Shown: positions 9,916-20,270, counted from the stretch's first letter. The stretch is DNA of 64,000 nt from Armatimonadota bacterium (GCA_030649165.1 JAUSGG010000034.1:4546-68545), one strand, 5' to 3'. Translations and numbers: made by a program. Notes: generated from the letters alone by a model not told the origin.

Positions 9916-10833
9916 TTATTCTGTCGTCTTCGACCGTACGACCCTTGACCGCGCCAACGTATCCTTGGCATAGTCAACGAGACCCGAGGATGCTCCAACG
10001 GCCTGCTTCGCGTCAATATAACGCTGAATTGCGTCTTCGGCCTCAGGACAAGCGAGGTTCCCCATCATCATCAACGCCCTGAACGGAGGCTCACTCGTAC
10101 AGAACAATTGTTCCAGCCGGGGAACGAGGTACCGTGCGTCAACAATCTCCGCTCCGACGGGCACGATCTCCCCCATGCTTCTCAGGGCTTCGGCGGCTGC
10201 GAGGCGGACTGGTGAATACACCATTTCTCTGGGAGTAAGGTTCCGTATGCTGGACCCAAGACGTACCCGGGCAAAAGTGTCCGTTTCGAGACATCGTTTG
10301 AGAGCCGGTATGGATGAACGATCCCCTATTCCGCCAAGCGCACGCGCCGCTGCGTAACGCATGAAGCCATCTTCATGGTTTTCCATTACGTTGATCAACG
10401 CCGGCACGACGCTACGGTCTCCGACATTCCCCAGCATTACGGTGAGTCTGTCCGCCATGGGCTTATCCGAGGAGGCGAGTGAGGCTAGTTTGGATGCCAC
10501 GCAATTCCTAAGGGACTCCCGATTGGCGCCTTGCTGGACATACGTGCGGACTGATCCCAGTATGACCTCCTGAACGTAACCGGAATCGATAGGCCCTCCG
10601 CCAATACCCAAGACGGGCGCCGAAGGTTCTGTTATTTCACGCCGAAGCAACGCGACAAGGCGATCGACACGATCGGTGGAAGACAGGGAACCATGGTTGA
10701 CGACCCTGAGTTCGCCGAGGGCAGCGTCACCTGTTCGCTTCTCGACCGAAGGCTCCGCAGCCCGGCAGTACGGGACACAAAGCACAAGCAAGCAGCAAAC
10801 CGCGGCGAACATCCGCACCTTACACTGTTTCAT
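9916..10833 (-). CDS. Exported HEAT/PBS-lyase-repeat protein
   Basis: GGAGG RBS; signal MKQCKVRMFAAVCCLLVLCVPYCRA; VPALINVMENHEDGFMRYAAARALGGIGD repeats. Confidence 0.8.
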   Translation of the reverse strand: MKQCKVRMFAAVCCLLVLCVPYCRAAEPSVEKRTGDAALGELRVVNHGSLSSTDRVDRLVALLRREITEPSAPVLGIGGGPIDSGYVQEVILGSVRTYVQQGANRESLRNCVASKLASLASSDKPMADRLTVMLGNVGDRSVVPALINVMENHEDGFMRYAAARALGGIGDRSSIPALKRCLETDTFARVRLGSSIRNLTPREMVYSPVRLAAAEALRSMGEIVPVGAEIVDARYLVPRLEQLFCTSEPPFRALMMMGNLACPEAEDAIQRYIDAKQAVGASSGLVDYAKDTLARSRVVRSKTTE

Positions 10834-10887
10834 ATTCTCCTCCATTATCATTGTGGGTATTCCCACACCTGTCCATAATAGGCCCGG

Positions 10888-11217
10888 TCATCTCCCGCAT
10901 TCCGTATTCTGCCAGAGTTGGATGGCGTCCCAAGGATAGCTGTCGCTGCGCATGCAGATATCCTCAGTGTCCTCAATGGGATCTTCCCCGTAACCGATCT
11001 CATCGTCGTACGTATATCTCGATAGAGGGTTGTAGCCGCCGCGCCCGAAAGTGGGCTCATCCAAATCAGGAATGTAGTCTCCATCCCAGTCCAGATCATG
11101 GTCATGGTCTTGATTGGCCCAGAACGCAGTGAAGTGGGCTACGTGCCTCAATTCGTGGCGGCCGATCCATGCAAACGCATCAATCCACCTCGGGCTGCCC
11201 GAAGCCGTCCTTGTCAA
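10888..11217 (-). pseudogene. C-terminal remnant of a protein with an HExxH motif and a DxDxDGD acidic segment
   Basis: IGRHELRH (HELRH at 11143-11157), then DHDLDWDGDYIPD. The frame stays open upstream to 11418 without an ATG and reads protein-like to about 11300. Confidence 0.55.
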
Positions 11218-11496
11218 CGGGATATTGCCGCCGGTATCATAAAAGGCTATGTACGCGCCAGCTGGGAGCTCCCGTCTCGTGCCTACTGCCCATATTCTAT
11301 CACACGAGCAGCGCGTTTGGCTTTCGCAGCCGAGGGCTGTGGCTGTCCGGGAGGAGATCCTTCGTTCCTCAGGATGACGTCTTTCCGGCGTGGTGGTGTT
11401 GGGATGGGGGGCGTGTTTTCAGGCCGGGTAAAGCAGATTCCTCGTTCCTATCCCTCCAGGTATCCTACCTGGAGGGGCCTTCAACCTGGAGGGATA

Positions 11497-11718
11497 GAGT
11501 ACGTAGGCGTGAATCAAAACTCCGTGCTTCTCTCTGTAGAAGTCGAGGGCGGACAGCAGCAGCCGGGCGTTTTCCGGCTCTGCAAGTAGGGGCACGAACC
11601 GTTCAATCGTGGTAGTGATGAAGCAGAGATCGAAGCCCTCCGCTATGTTTTTCCAGTGTTTATACTGCGGCGTAGTGACTCGCCTCCCGACCGCCGATTG
11701 CTCGGCAAGTGGTTCCAT
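11497..11718 (-). pseudogene. N-terminal remnant of a REP-associated / IS200-like HUH tyrosine transposase (RAYT, Y1_Tnp)
   Basis: PQYKHW..CFITTTIERFVPLL....ARLLLSALDFYREKHGVLIHAYVL, then runs directly into a REP palindrome where the MPxHxH motif is expected. Confidence 0.7.
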
Positions 11719-12200
11719 AGGGGGTGTTCTATGTGCATACGGTTGGTCCCTCCAGGTAGGATACCTGGAGGGATAGAACCGATTCCACATTCCACACACC
11801 CCCTATATAGATGATGTGTATGTGGAATCAACCCATCGCGTCTGTTTGGCCGGGCGAAAGGAGACGGAAAGGCGTGTCCCGAAGCCTAGCAGATTCCTCC
11901 TCGTTCCTCGTCGGAATGACAACATACGGGCCTTTTTCAACAGGTCCTCGGTCCCCTTTTTCGCCCTTTTCCTTCACATTGGTGTTGCCGCCGACGCCGA
12001 TTAGGCGAACATGTCCTGGGAACGTTCGACCATGCAGCAGATAGCCGATCAGGTGGCGTGGGATGCGGAGTTCGTGCGAGTCTTGTACAAATCGCACGCG
12101 ATCTTGCAAATCGCGCCCGATCTCGGGTGGTTCAGGGAGGAACGCAGATGAACACAGATAGACACAGATGAACGCGGATGACTGGGATAGCTGACAGCTT

Positions 12201-13502
12201 TCAGCTATCGGCTTTCAGCAGTTCGCGGTAGTGCTTGCTTTGTTTGAGAATGCCGCCGCTTTGGGCGTAGAAGTCATCGCCGAGGTGGAAGATGGCGCGC
12301 TCGGAGTCGATCCAGCGGGCGTCGCGGCAGGGGTGGTATGACTTCATCGTCTCCCAGTTGCGGTAGTTCTGAGGGCCGTTGACCTCGACCATGCCGATCT
12401 TTACCCCTGGAAGCGGCGCGAGGCGGGCGGCGACGTTCTTGTTCCAGTCCGCCAGGACCGGGTTGACGGTCAAATCCGCGCAGAATACGGGAACGTCGTT
12501 TTCGCGCGCAACCTTGGCGATTTTGAGGCTCATACTCATCGTTTTAGCAATCGGTTTGAGCGCAATTGCCCGATAACCCGTCTGAATCCGCTCCAAAGCG
12601 TCTTCATCCGAATGGGCGCTCTCGTCGGCGGCCATTCGGACGGGGATATCCTTCACGTCCAGCTCCAAATCCTCCGGGAACGGCTCCTCGAAGATGGCGA
12701 TGCGATCGAGCGCGCCGATCTCCGCCGCGTGATCCAGCAGGCGCATAAGGCGATCTTTGCCGTCATAGCGGCCGTTCGCGTCGAGATAGTAGGCAATCCG
12801 GCCGTTCTCGGTGTACGGCGTTTCCAGATCCTTCACTTTGTCGTGGATAGAGGAGAGCCGCTGTTTGTCCCACTCCAGCATTTTTTCGCGGTCGCCGTCC
12901 TTGTCCGGGTCGGCCCCGAGCTTGACCTTGATGAGGAAGCATCCATCTTTGACCGTTCGCACAACCTCATCAAGAGGCGTGCCGTATGTCATCAGCGCGC
13001 TGTTCACCAGCTTGTCGTGCCGCAGGGGAAGGGCGGGGCGGAACTCGGCGGGGACCATATCGTCGAAACTGGTTATGCCATTCTCCGCGCAGTAGAGCTG
13101 CCAGACCGCGTTGTCCACGGCGACGAGCGCGTTGAGGGCAAAGGTGAGGCGCAGGTCGTCGACGCCGGAGATATGCCTGGCGAAGTCGTAGGTTTCCTCG
13201 ACGAGAGGATCGATGAGGTCGATTGGATTGTCGAACTTGAAGCCGATGAGCGCCCAGAGCGCGTGGGCGGTTGTGTCGTACATGAGCCGGTTGCCGTCGG
13301 TTTCCGAGCGGCTGGTGAAGACGTTGGCGTCGGACCAGAGCACGCTCTGGGTTCCGAGACCCAGGCCGGTATTGCCGTTTGCGCTCTCCAGATGCCCGAT
13401 AGTCTGCCAGAGTTCGGTAAGACTGCCGCCTTTGAAGCCGAAGGGGGCGAGAAGCGGTTCGCGTTCGTAAGCAGAGTTTGTTTTTGCTATTGTGATCGGC
13501 AT
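12201..13502 (-). CDS. Enolase-superfamily enzyme (muconate-lactonizing / dipeptide-epimerase subgroup), substrate unknown
   Basis: KVKLG (KxK), metal ligands in YLDANG, FEEP, ADES; second Lys in ALKPIAK. Confidence 0.85.
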   Translation of the reverse strand: MPITIAKTNSAYEREPLLAPFGFKGGSLTELWQTIGHLESANGNTGLGLGTQSVLWSDANVFTSRSETDGNRLMYDTTAHALWALIGFKFDNPIDLIDPLVEETYDFARHISGVDDLRLTFALNALVAVDNAVWQLYCAENGITSFDDMVPAEFRPALPLRHDKLVNSALMTYGTPLDEVVRTVKDGCFLIKVKLGADPDKDGDREKMLEWDKQRLSSIHDKVKDLETPYTENGRIAYYLDANGRYDGKDRLMRLLDHAAEIGALDRIAIFEEPFPEDLELDVKDIPVRMAADESAHSDEDALERIQTGYRAIALKPIAKTMSMSLKIAKVARENDVPVFCADLTVNPVLADWNKNVAARLAPLPGVKIGMVEVNGPQNYRNWETMKSYHPCRDARWIDSERAIFHLGDDFYAQSGGILKQSKHYRELLKADS

Positions 13503-13562
13503 TTTGTCTTTTCTCCGGAATAGGACTTATGGGACGGATGGGACGTATGCGCCGTTGCTGGA

Positions 13563-14708
13563 TCAATCGAAGAACTCTGCCGCGGCGCTGTAGTCCAGCG
13601 GCAGAGGGATTTGCTTGCCCGTGGCGGCGGACATCCGCGCGGCCCAGCCGATCTCGGAAAGGATGGCGGAGTTTGTGAAGCTGAGCGGCGATTTGGTCCC
13701 CGACTTCACGCACTCGATGAAATGCCCGACGCACTCGGACGTTTGATGATTCACCACGTCGCCGCTGTCCGGTGTCGTGGTGTCGGGAGGCCAGGCGAAA
13801 TCCCGCCGGCCCTCGCGCGCGCAGCGGTCGGGGTCGAGCGGATAGACCCATTTGCCGGCGGTTTCGCGCGCGGACCAATATCGGACCTTATGGGTCCGCT
13901 CAAGCTGGGAGTCGAAGACGAAGCCGCCTTCGGAGCCGAGAACGTTATGGTAGGCGTCGTAGCCGTTGCTGTTCTCGATGTTGCCGAAGCAAAAGCCGGC
14001 GCCGCCGTTGTCGAACTTGACCAGAATGTTCCAGATCGGGTCCTCTTCGAACTGTCTGATCTGGGCGGGCCGGCTCGTCGCCAGGACGCCGACGGGGCCG
14101 GTCTGGGAGCGCATCAGGTAGATCATCACCGAAAGCGCGTGGTTGATGCCCATCGCTATAGCGTCGCCCATTGTTTCTTTGCTCAGCTTCCAGACCTTGT
14201 CGCCGGCGATGTTGATGGGGTGACGGTAGTTGACCTGGACCTGGGCGACGGTCCCGAAGACCCCGTCCGAGACCATTTGCCTCAGGCGGCTTTCCATCGA
14301 GTCGAAGTACAGGATGAAGTCCACGTAGGTGATCAGATCGGGATTGGCGCGCTCGGCTTCGATAAGCGCGCGGAAGTCACTGAATTTCGTGGCGCAGGGT
14401 TTCTCGCAGAAGACGTGTTTGCCCGCCCGCATTGCCTGCAGCGCCTGGGGGGCGTGCGCGCTGTTCGGGCTGGCGATCCAGACGGCGTCGATGTCGGGGT
14501 TGCTGATGATATCGTCGTAATTGCCGGTTAGCAGGGATACGGGGAGTCCCGCGCAGCCCAATGCTTCTCCGCCCCGGTCCCCATTGGGTTCGCACAGGGC
14601 CAGCACATCCACGTCGCTTCTCTCTGCGAGACGTTTCAGCAACGTTCCGCCCATCCAGCCGGCGCCGACGAGTCCGGCTTGTAAGTTTTGCACTCGATGT
14701 ACCTCCAA
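13563..14708 (-). CDS. Gfo/Idh/MocA family oxidoreductase
   Basis: GLVGAGWMG, IASPNSAH, KHVFCEKP; start may be GTG at about 14693. Confidence 0.9.
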   Translation of the reverse strand: MEVHRVQNLQAGLVGAGWMGGTLLKRLAERSDVDVLALCEPNGDRGGEALGCAGLPVSLLTGNYDDIISNPDIDAVWIASPNSAHAPQALQAMRAGKHVFCEKPCATKFSDFRALIEAERANPDLITYVDFILYFDSMESRLRQMVSDGVFGTVAQVQVNYRHPINIAGDKVWKLSKETMGDAIAMGINHALSVMIYLMRSQTGPVGVLATSRPAQIRQFEEDPIWNILVKFDNGGAGFCFGNIENSNGYDAYHNVLGSEGGFVFDSQLERTHKVRYWSARETAGKWVYPLDPDRCAREGRRDFAWPPDTTTPDSGDVVNHQTSECVGHFIECVKSGTKSPLSFTNSAILSEIGWAARMSAATGKQIPLPLDYSAAAEFFD

Positions 14709-14790
14709 GGGCTATCAGCTATCAGCGACCAGCAATCGGACGGATCAGTCGGATCAGACGGATCGGTCAAAGTCCCTGGACTCGCAGGCG

Positions 14791-15738
14791 TCAGCGAGCC
14801 AGGTACAACTGCGCTCCTATTGCGTTTTTGGCGTATCCCCGCTCGAACTCGTCGCCGTCGAAGCCGGGGTCGTCAATGGGGATATCGGCCAGTTTGACTT
14901 CCGCGCCGCCTGTGTTCCGGGAAATCCGTCCCGCCAGCATGATCTTGATCGACTCAGTCAATGCGCTGACCGGCGCCATTTTGTTGACGCCAGTCTCCAT
15001 GTAGTCGCAAATCCGATCGAGGAGCGCGGCGTATATTTTGGTCGCATCTACTCGGATCTGGTAAGCGGCTGTCGTGGTCATAATGGACAAGTCGAACGGC
15101 TGCCAGTTGCCCAGACATATCGTGCAGGTGGCTGTCGCGCCGTTTGCAAAGCGAACGAAAAACGTCTCAGCAGCCTTGCCGTCCACTGTGCCTCTACCCA
15201 CGAACTGGGTCGAGACAGCCCCCGTGATGAGGCCGCCCATTGACTCAACGGCGTGGATAGCATAGTTAAACTCATCGACTCCCACAGAGGCATATATGTG
15301 GACAATCTTTCCCACTTCTTCCTCGGACTTGGAAGCGAAATCCGCGACTTCTTCCGCGTAACGAACCGAAGACGATCCCAGTATCACAGCGCCTTTTGCC
15401 GCGAATTCCTCAAGCGCGAGGCAGTCGGCCAGCGAGCCAACTATCGGCTTGTCGATGAAGACAGGCTTCCCTCGCTCGATGAACGGCGTCGCTTGTTTCA
15501 GATGGTTGTCCCAGTTGCAGCTCTGAACGAAGCCCACGTCCACCATGTCCGCCAGTTCTTCGATGCTCCGGCAGCGTTTTTCGAGGCCGAACATGTTGAT
15601 GAAGCCATCGACTTCCTCATCGGTGCGGAACGCGTTGTTGTAGACCGCCACGTAACGCGCCCGGTCCGACTTCTCAAGGTACATCGAGAATGCCTTGGGG
15701 TGGGAAACGTCGATGTTTACTACTCCGATTCTGATCAT
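14791..15738 (-). CDS. Gfo/Idh/MocA-related oxidoreductase (divergent)
   Basis: IRIGVVNID.SH, GKPVFIDKP, NYAIHAVE. Confidence 0.8.
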   Translation of the reverse strand: MIRIGVVNIDVSHPKAFSMYLEKSDRARYVAVYNNAFRTDEEVDGFINMFGLEKRCRSIEELADMVDVGFVQSCNWDNHLKQATPFIERGKPVFIDKPIVGSLADCLALEEFAAKGAVILGSSSVRYAEEVADFASKSEEEVGKIVHIYASVGVDEFNYAIHAVESMGGLITGAVSTQFVGRGTVDGKAAETFFVRFANGATATCTICLGNWQPFDLSIMTTTAAYQIRVDATKIYAALLDRICDYMETGVNKMAPVSALTESIKIMLAGRISRNTGGAEVKLADIPIDDPGFDGDEFERGYAKNAIGAQLYLAR

Positions 15739-15826
15739 TGGCTGCTCCGTTGATGGTTGATGGTTGAAGGTTGATGGTTGAACCTCCCCCTAACCCCCTC
15801 CCAGAGGGAGGGGGGATTACGTCATC

Positions 15827-16834
15827 CTAGAAAACATAGTCCTTTTCGGTGATTGGCACGGCCTGGCCGGTTGCTATGGATTCGCTGACCATGAAGCTGA
15901 TGACGGCGGCCTTGGCGGCGTTGATCGGGCCGTTGGGCGGGTCAGTGTCGTTGAGTATTGCGTCCGCGAACAGGTCGATCTCCACCTTGTGGCCCTTATC
16001 GATGGCGCCGAGATCGATCTTCTCGCACTCCTTACCGTCAAATCCGCAGCAGGTCATCTCCTTGAAGTCGTTGATGTGGATAGCCTTCAGGTCGACGTAG
16101 ATCTCGGTCGATTCCTTCGGGAAAAACCCGCAGCCGGCGCTTGCAATCAGCGTCGTGCCGACGGAGCCGTCCGCGAACGTGATGGTCACGATCCCGCTGT
16201 CGGGAATCTTCACGATATTCGGATCGAGAAATGTGCCGCCCGACGCGTAGACCGAAACCGGCGGACACTGAATCAGCTCACAGATCAGGTCGAAGATGTG
16301 GCAGCCTTCTCCCACAAATCGCCCCCCGCCGCGGGCCGGATCGTGGGTCCAATGGTCAACCGGGAACAGGGCCTGAATGCAATGGTAAATCAGCTTCTTG
16401 TGGGGGATGTTCGCTATCATATCCCGCGCCTGGGTTACCAGAGGGGCCATTCCTCTATTGTAGCCGACGGTGTATTTGACTCCGTTCTTCTTTACAGCCT
16501 CGGCGACGGCTTTGCACTCTTCGCGGTTCAGGCCCATGGGCTTCTCGCAGAGGACGTGCTTGCCGGCATTCGCGGCCGCAACGCTCAGCTCAGCGTGCGA
16601 GTCGTGCACCGTCGAGATGACCGCGACATCGATGGAATCATCGGACAGCAGGCGGTTCAGATCGGTGGTCCAATATTGCATTCCGAATTCTTCCGCGGTC
16701 GTTTTCGCTGCGGCTTCGTTTATGTCCATCGCGGCCCGAAGATGGTATTTCGGGTTGGCCTTCATATTGGTGATATGCACCGCGCGCCCAAATCCGCCGC
16801 AGCCAATGAACCCGACGTTGAGTTTCCTCATCAA
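15827..16834 (-). CDS. Gfo/Idh/MocA family oxidoreductase
   Basis: GFIGCGGFG, STVHDSHA, KHVLCEKP, GYNR, GEGCHIFD. Confidence 0.9.
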   Translation of the reverse strand: MMRKLNVGFIGCGGFGRAVHITNMKANPKYHLRAAMDINEAAAKTTAEEFGMQYWTTDLNRLLSDDSIDVAVISTVHDSHAELSVAAANAGKHVLCEKPMGLNREECKAVAEAVKKNGVKYTVGYNRGMAPLVTQARDMIANIPHKKLIYHCIQALFPVDHWTHDPARGGGRFVGEGCHIFDLICELIQCPPVSVYASGGTFLDPNIVKIPDSGIVTITFADGSVGTTLIASAGCGFFPKESTEIYVDLKAIHINDFKEMTCCGFDGKECEKIDLGAIDKGHKVEIDLFADAILNDTDPPNGPINAAKAAVISFMVSESIATGQAVPITEKDYVF

Positions 16835-17061
16835 ACAACTCCCTTCGATGTGCTCGTTGCGGTTTTCCTAGTGCTCCTTCGACCAAAGGGGGGCGGAACC
16901 CTGCGTGTTTGCACGTATGAAACCGCCGATGAACGCAGATAAACGCGGATGAATGCGGATGTTTGAACCACAGATGGACACAGATGGACGAGATGGAGGG
17001 ATGTTGACTCCACCCCGACTCCACCCCAGCCCTCCCCCTGAATGGGGAGGGGGCAGGTTGG

Positions 17062-17961
17062 CTATTCCTCGGAGGCGTAGAGAGTTGGGTCGTCGATTTT
17101 CCAGGAGTTCTCATCGTCGGGGCGCGTGAGGATATCGTAAGTTTCGGGCCTGCGCATACCGAGGAAGCAGTCTTTGAGGGTGGGGAATTCCCGCTTCAGG
17201 TCGCCGGTGACCCAGTATTCGTAAGCCTGATCGAGGTCCACTTGCGCCACGGCTATTCCGGGGGAATGGCTGGTAGAGGCCCTAGTGCGGCCGTAAGGAT
17301 CGACGATGCGGGCGTGTCCCATCGCTCCGCCGGTGAGAAACGGCATCGTAATGTAGTGGCTGGTGACGACGTAGACCTGGTTGTCGATGGCCCTGGCGTT
17401 TACCACGGATTCGCAGAGATCGCCGGTGTAGTCGCGCCACATGGTGGGATGGACGATGACGTCGGCGCCCTGAAGCGCAAGGATACGCCAGGGCTCCGGA
17501 TAGTGGACGTCCATGCAGATCATGACGCCGACGACGCCGAAATCGAGCTGAAATACGGGGTATGAGTCGCCGGGCCGGACCTCTGCGGCTTCGCCGGGAG
17601 CAAGGTGGGTCTTGCGATACTTGCCGACGAATTGGCCCAGCCTGTCGATGACTACTCCTACGTTGTATAACTCGTCTCCGTCGCGCTCGCGGATGCCGAG
17701 GACGACGTTGGCGTTGTGTTTGCGGGCCCGCGCGGCAAAGGCTTCCTGGATGGGGCCGCCGGGGACAGGCTCGCCTGCTTTTTTTGCTTCCTCGGGGGCG
17801 ACGCCGGCGTAGTCGATCTCTTCGGGGAAGACGACGAGGTCCGGCTTCCAACTTGCGGCTTCGTCAAAGGCCGCGAGGGCGCGTTCGATGTTGACTCCGG
17901 GACGTTTGGAGTGTTCGTCCAGGATGATGGATGTGGTGGCGAGGGTGGCGTTACGGTTCAT
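17062..17961 (-). CDS. Carbon-nitrogen hydrolase (nitrilase/amidase superfamily)
   Basis: Catalytic E-K-C triad in VFPEE, YRKTHL, MICMDVHYPE; start at MNRNATL. Confidence 0.9.
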   Translation of the reverse strand: MNRNATLATTSIILDEHSKRPGVNIERALAAFDEAASWKPDLVVFPEEIDYAGVAPEEAKKAGEPVPGGPIQEAFAARARKHNANVVLGIRERDGDELYNVGVVIDRLGQFVGKYRKTHLAPGEAAEVRPGDSYPVFQLDFGVVGVMICMDVHYPEPWRILALQGADVIVHPTMWRDYTGDLCESVVNARAIDNQVYVVTSHYITMPFLTGGAMGHARIVDPYGRTRASTSHSPGIAVAQVDLDQAYEYWVTGDLKREFPTLKDCFLGMRRPETYDILTRPDDENSWKIDDPTLYASEE

Positions 17962-18114
17962 TGGGGGGCCTTCCGAGGGAGTCGAAGGAGGGGAGAGCCG
18001 CGGTCGGTGATTGTGCGGGGTCGGAGACCCGCGCACAGCGACTGGACGGATAGGACGGATAGGACAAGTGGGACCTATGGGACGACATGGGCCGAATTGT
18101 TGCAAAGCTGTCCA

Positions 18115-19110
18115 TTATTTTGGCATTCCCTGTTTTACCGTGATTTTCATTCCGTCGTGGACTGGGAGGGTGAAGGATTGGACGCCCGCGCGAGATGGGA
18201 TGGTTGGGACGGGAGAGCCGTCGACCAACGCCTGTGTCACTGACACAGTGGCCGGAGTCTGCAAGAGGAAGGTCAGATCGCGGGATTTGACTTCTTGCGG
18301 GAGGGATTCGAGGCGCAGGATGAACACGCCGAGCCCGTCGGGCTCGACGCGAGTGTGGCGGCGCATATAGCGGTAGTCGATTACATCGTCCGGGTTGGCG
18401 TACCAGCAGGCGGCGCCGCCCTCTCTTGCGATAGTCTCAAGCCTTTCGCGGTGATGGGCTGCCGTGACGTCCTTGCACTCGTGGACGGCCTCTTCGAGTG
18501 GACAGTGGCAGTAGTCGACGATCCATCCGCGGCGCTCTTGGGCCTGGCGAATGCGTTTGTAAGGCTCAAATGCGCTCTCGAAGTATCCGCCGTAGCTTTC
18601 GTGGATCGGGACCCTGTTGGTCCATACCAGGTCGTCGGCGTCGGAATAGTTGAGATCGTCGGTGATACCGAGTCCGGCCAGATAGCCGTACTCGACTATC
18701 TTCTCCAGTACCGGCGGCATCAGATTGGCGTTCGAGCCGGGCGCGGTGAACAGGGTCACGGGCACGCCGGTCGCCTCTCCCAACACCTCTTTAGCCCGGC
18801 GCAGCTCCAGATCGGGGTCGTCCATAACCATTCCGTGACTCCACGAATGGCAGCCGACGCCCCAGCCGATGGCGATCATCTCTCTCATCTCGGCGGGGCC
18901 CATGTGATGCAGTCCGTTGTACGAACTCTCGCCGAGGGCGCGGACCTTGCCGATGTGGCCGGCGACGGCTTCCAGATGCCCCGGTATGCCAAGCTCCAGG
19001 TGGACCGGGATTACAAAGCGGTGGAGCTCGGAAAGGGCCTCGTCGTAAGTGATGGAGTAGACCCAGTCTTTGTCGTATTTCCAGGTTGCGGTCGAGATTG
19101 TCAGGTTCAT
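18115..19110 (-). CDS. Polysaccharide deacetylase (NodB-like) domain protein
   Basis: SITYDEA, GWGVGCHSWSH, FTAPG; start at MNLTIST. Confidence 0.75.
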   Translation of the reverse strand: MNLTISTATWKYDKDWVYSITYDEALSELHRFVIPVHLELGIPGHLEAVAGHIGKVRALGESSYNGLHHMGPAEMREMIAIGWGVGCHSWSHGMVMDDPDLELRRAKEVLGEATGVPVTLFTAPGSNANLMPPVLEKIVEYGYLAGLGITDDLNYSDADDLVWTNRVPIHESYGGYFESAFEPYKRIRQAQERRGWIVDYCHCPLEEAVHECKDVTAAHHRERLETIAREGGAACWYANPDDVIDYRYMRRHTRVEPDGLGVFILRLESLPQEVKSRDLTFLLQTPATVSVTQALVDGSPVPTIPSRAGVQSFTLPVHDGMKITVKQGMPK

Positions 19111-20171
19111 GTCGGTTGATGGTTGACGGTTGTCGGTTGTCGGTTGTTTGGCGCAGCCTCCTGCATTGCGAGTCCGATTCCGCCCATGATTCCTACATCG
19201 TCGCCAAGCCGCGAAGGAACGATGCCGCACACTTCCAGGTACTGCACGAGCGTGTTCGCCGAAATCGTTCGCATCATCGGCTGCCACAGCGCATCGCCCG
19301 CGCCGGACACTCCGCCGCCGATCACGACCATAGCGACGCTCAAGCCGGTTATCACGTTCGCCACGCCCAGTCCGATGTAGTAACCTGTCTCGGCCAGTGT
19401 TTCGACCGAGACGGCGTCGCCTTTGCCGGCGGCCTCGGCGATGAGGGCGGGGGTGATAGCCGGGAACTCGTTATTCACCATGCCGAGCAGAAGGCTGTCG
19501 CGACCCTGGTGGAGTTTCCTCTGCGCTCGGTTGATTATCGCCGTCCGGCCGGCAAGGGCTTCCAGACAGCCGTAGCGGCCGCAGCCGCAGCGCGGGCCGT
19601 CCGCCAGTATCACCTGATGACCGAATTCCGTCGCTCCCTCGCTTTCGCCGACCCACAGCTTGCCGTCCATGACAAGTCCCGTGCCGATGCCGGTGCCCAG
19701 GGTGAACATCATCAGAGAGTTTACGCCCTGCCCGGCGCCGAACCAGTATTCTCCCAGGGCGGCAACGTTGGCGTCGTTGCCGATGAAGACCGGCGCGCCG
19801 AAGTCTCCGCGTATCGGATCGACAACGTTGGCGTTCGCCCAATCCTCGTGGAAGTTCGGGGTCCAGACCACGATTCCCTGCTTCGGCTTGATCGTGCCGG
19901 GCACGCCCATACCGATGCCGGCCAACTGGGAATCAGAAACGCCCGCCGCGGCCATCGCCCCGCGTATCGACTTGATGATCTGCCCGGCGGTGATGTCGAA
20001 CCCGCTCATAGCGTAAGAGGGTTCCCGCGCATCGCCGAGCAGCCTGCCGGTCTTATCCGAAACGGCCGCTCGGACGTTGGTCCCTCCGAGATCGACACCG
20101 ATGAGGTACTTGCCGTTCGTCTGTTGTGTCACTGCTCCGGTCCCACCTGTTTGTGTTGTTGAGCCGCCCAA
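19107..20171 (-). CDS. ROK-family sugar kinase (glucokinase-like)
   Basis: GVDLGGTN, GNDANVAALGE, TLGTGIG, EFGH, CGCGRYGCLE. No HTH. True start may be near 20132. Confidence 0.92.
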   Translation of the reverse strand: MGGSTTQTGGTGAVTQQTNGKYLIGVDLGGTNVRAAVSDKTGRLLGDAREPSYAMSGFDITAGQIIKSIRGAMAAAGVSDSQLAGIGMGVPGTIKPKQGIVVWTPNFHEDWANANVVDPIRGDFGAPVFIGNDANVAALGEYWFGAGQGVNSLMMFTLGTGIGTGLVMDGKLWVGESEGATEFGHQVILADGPRCGCGRYGCLEALAGRTAIINRAQRKLHQGRDSLLLGMVNNEFPAITPALIAEAAGKGDAVSVETLAETGYYIGLGVANVITGLSVAMVVIGGGVSGAGDALWQPMMRTISANTLVQYLEVCGIVPSRLGDDVGIMGGIGLAMQEAAPNNRQPTTVNHQPT

Positions 20172-20270
20172 GTATAACCTGGTTTGCGGGGGATTTGCAA
20201 ACGTCTTTAACGAGGAAAACAGGAAAGGTAGGAAAACGGGAAAGGGGATCGGATTGAGGTGAGGGGGCTG

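Noticed and set aside
11828-12109. 93-aa ORF as a real gene
   Set aside because: No RBS or motif, and its 3' half is made of repeat modules; an eroded remnant cannot be excluded.
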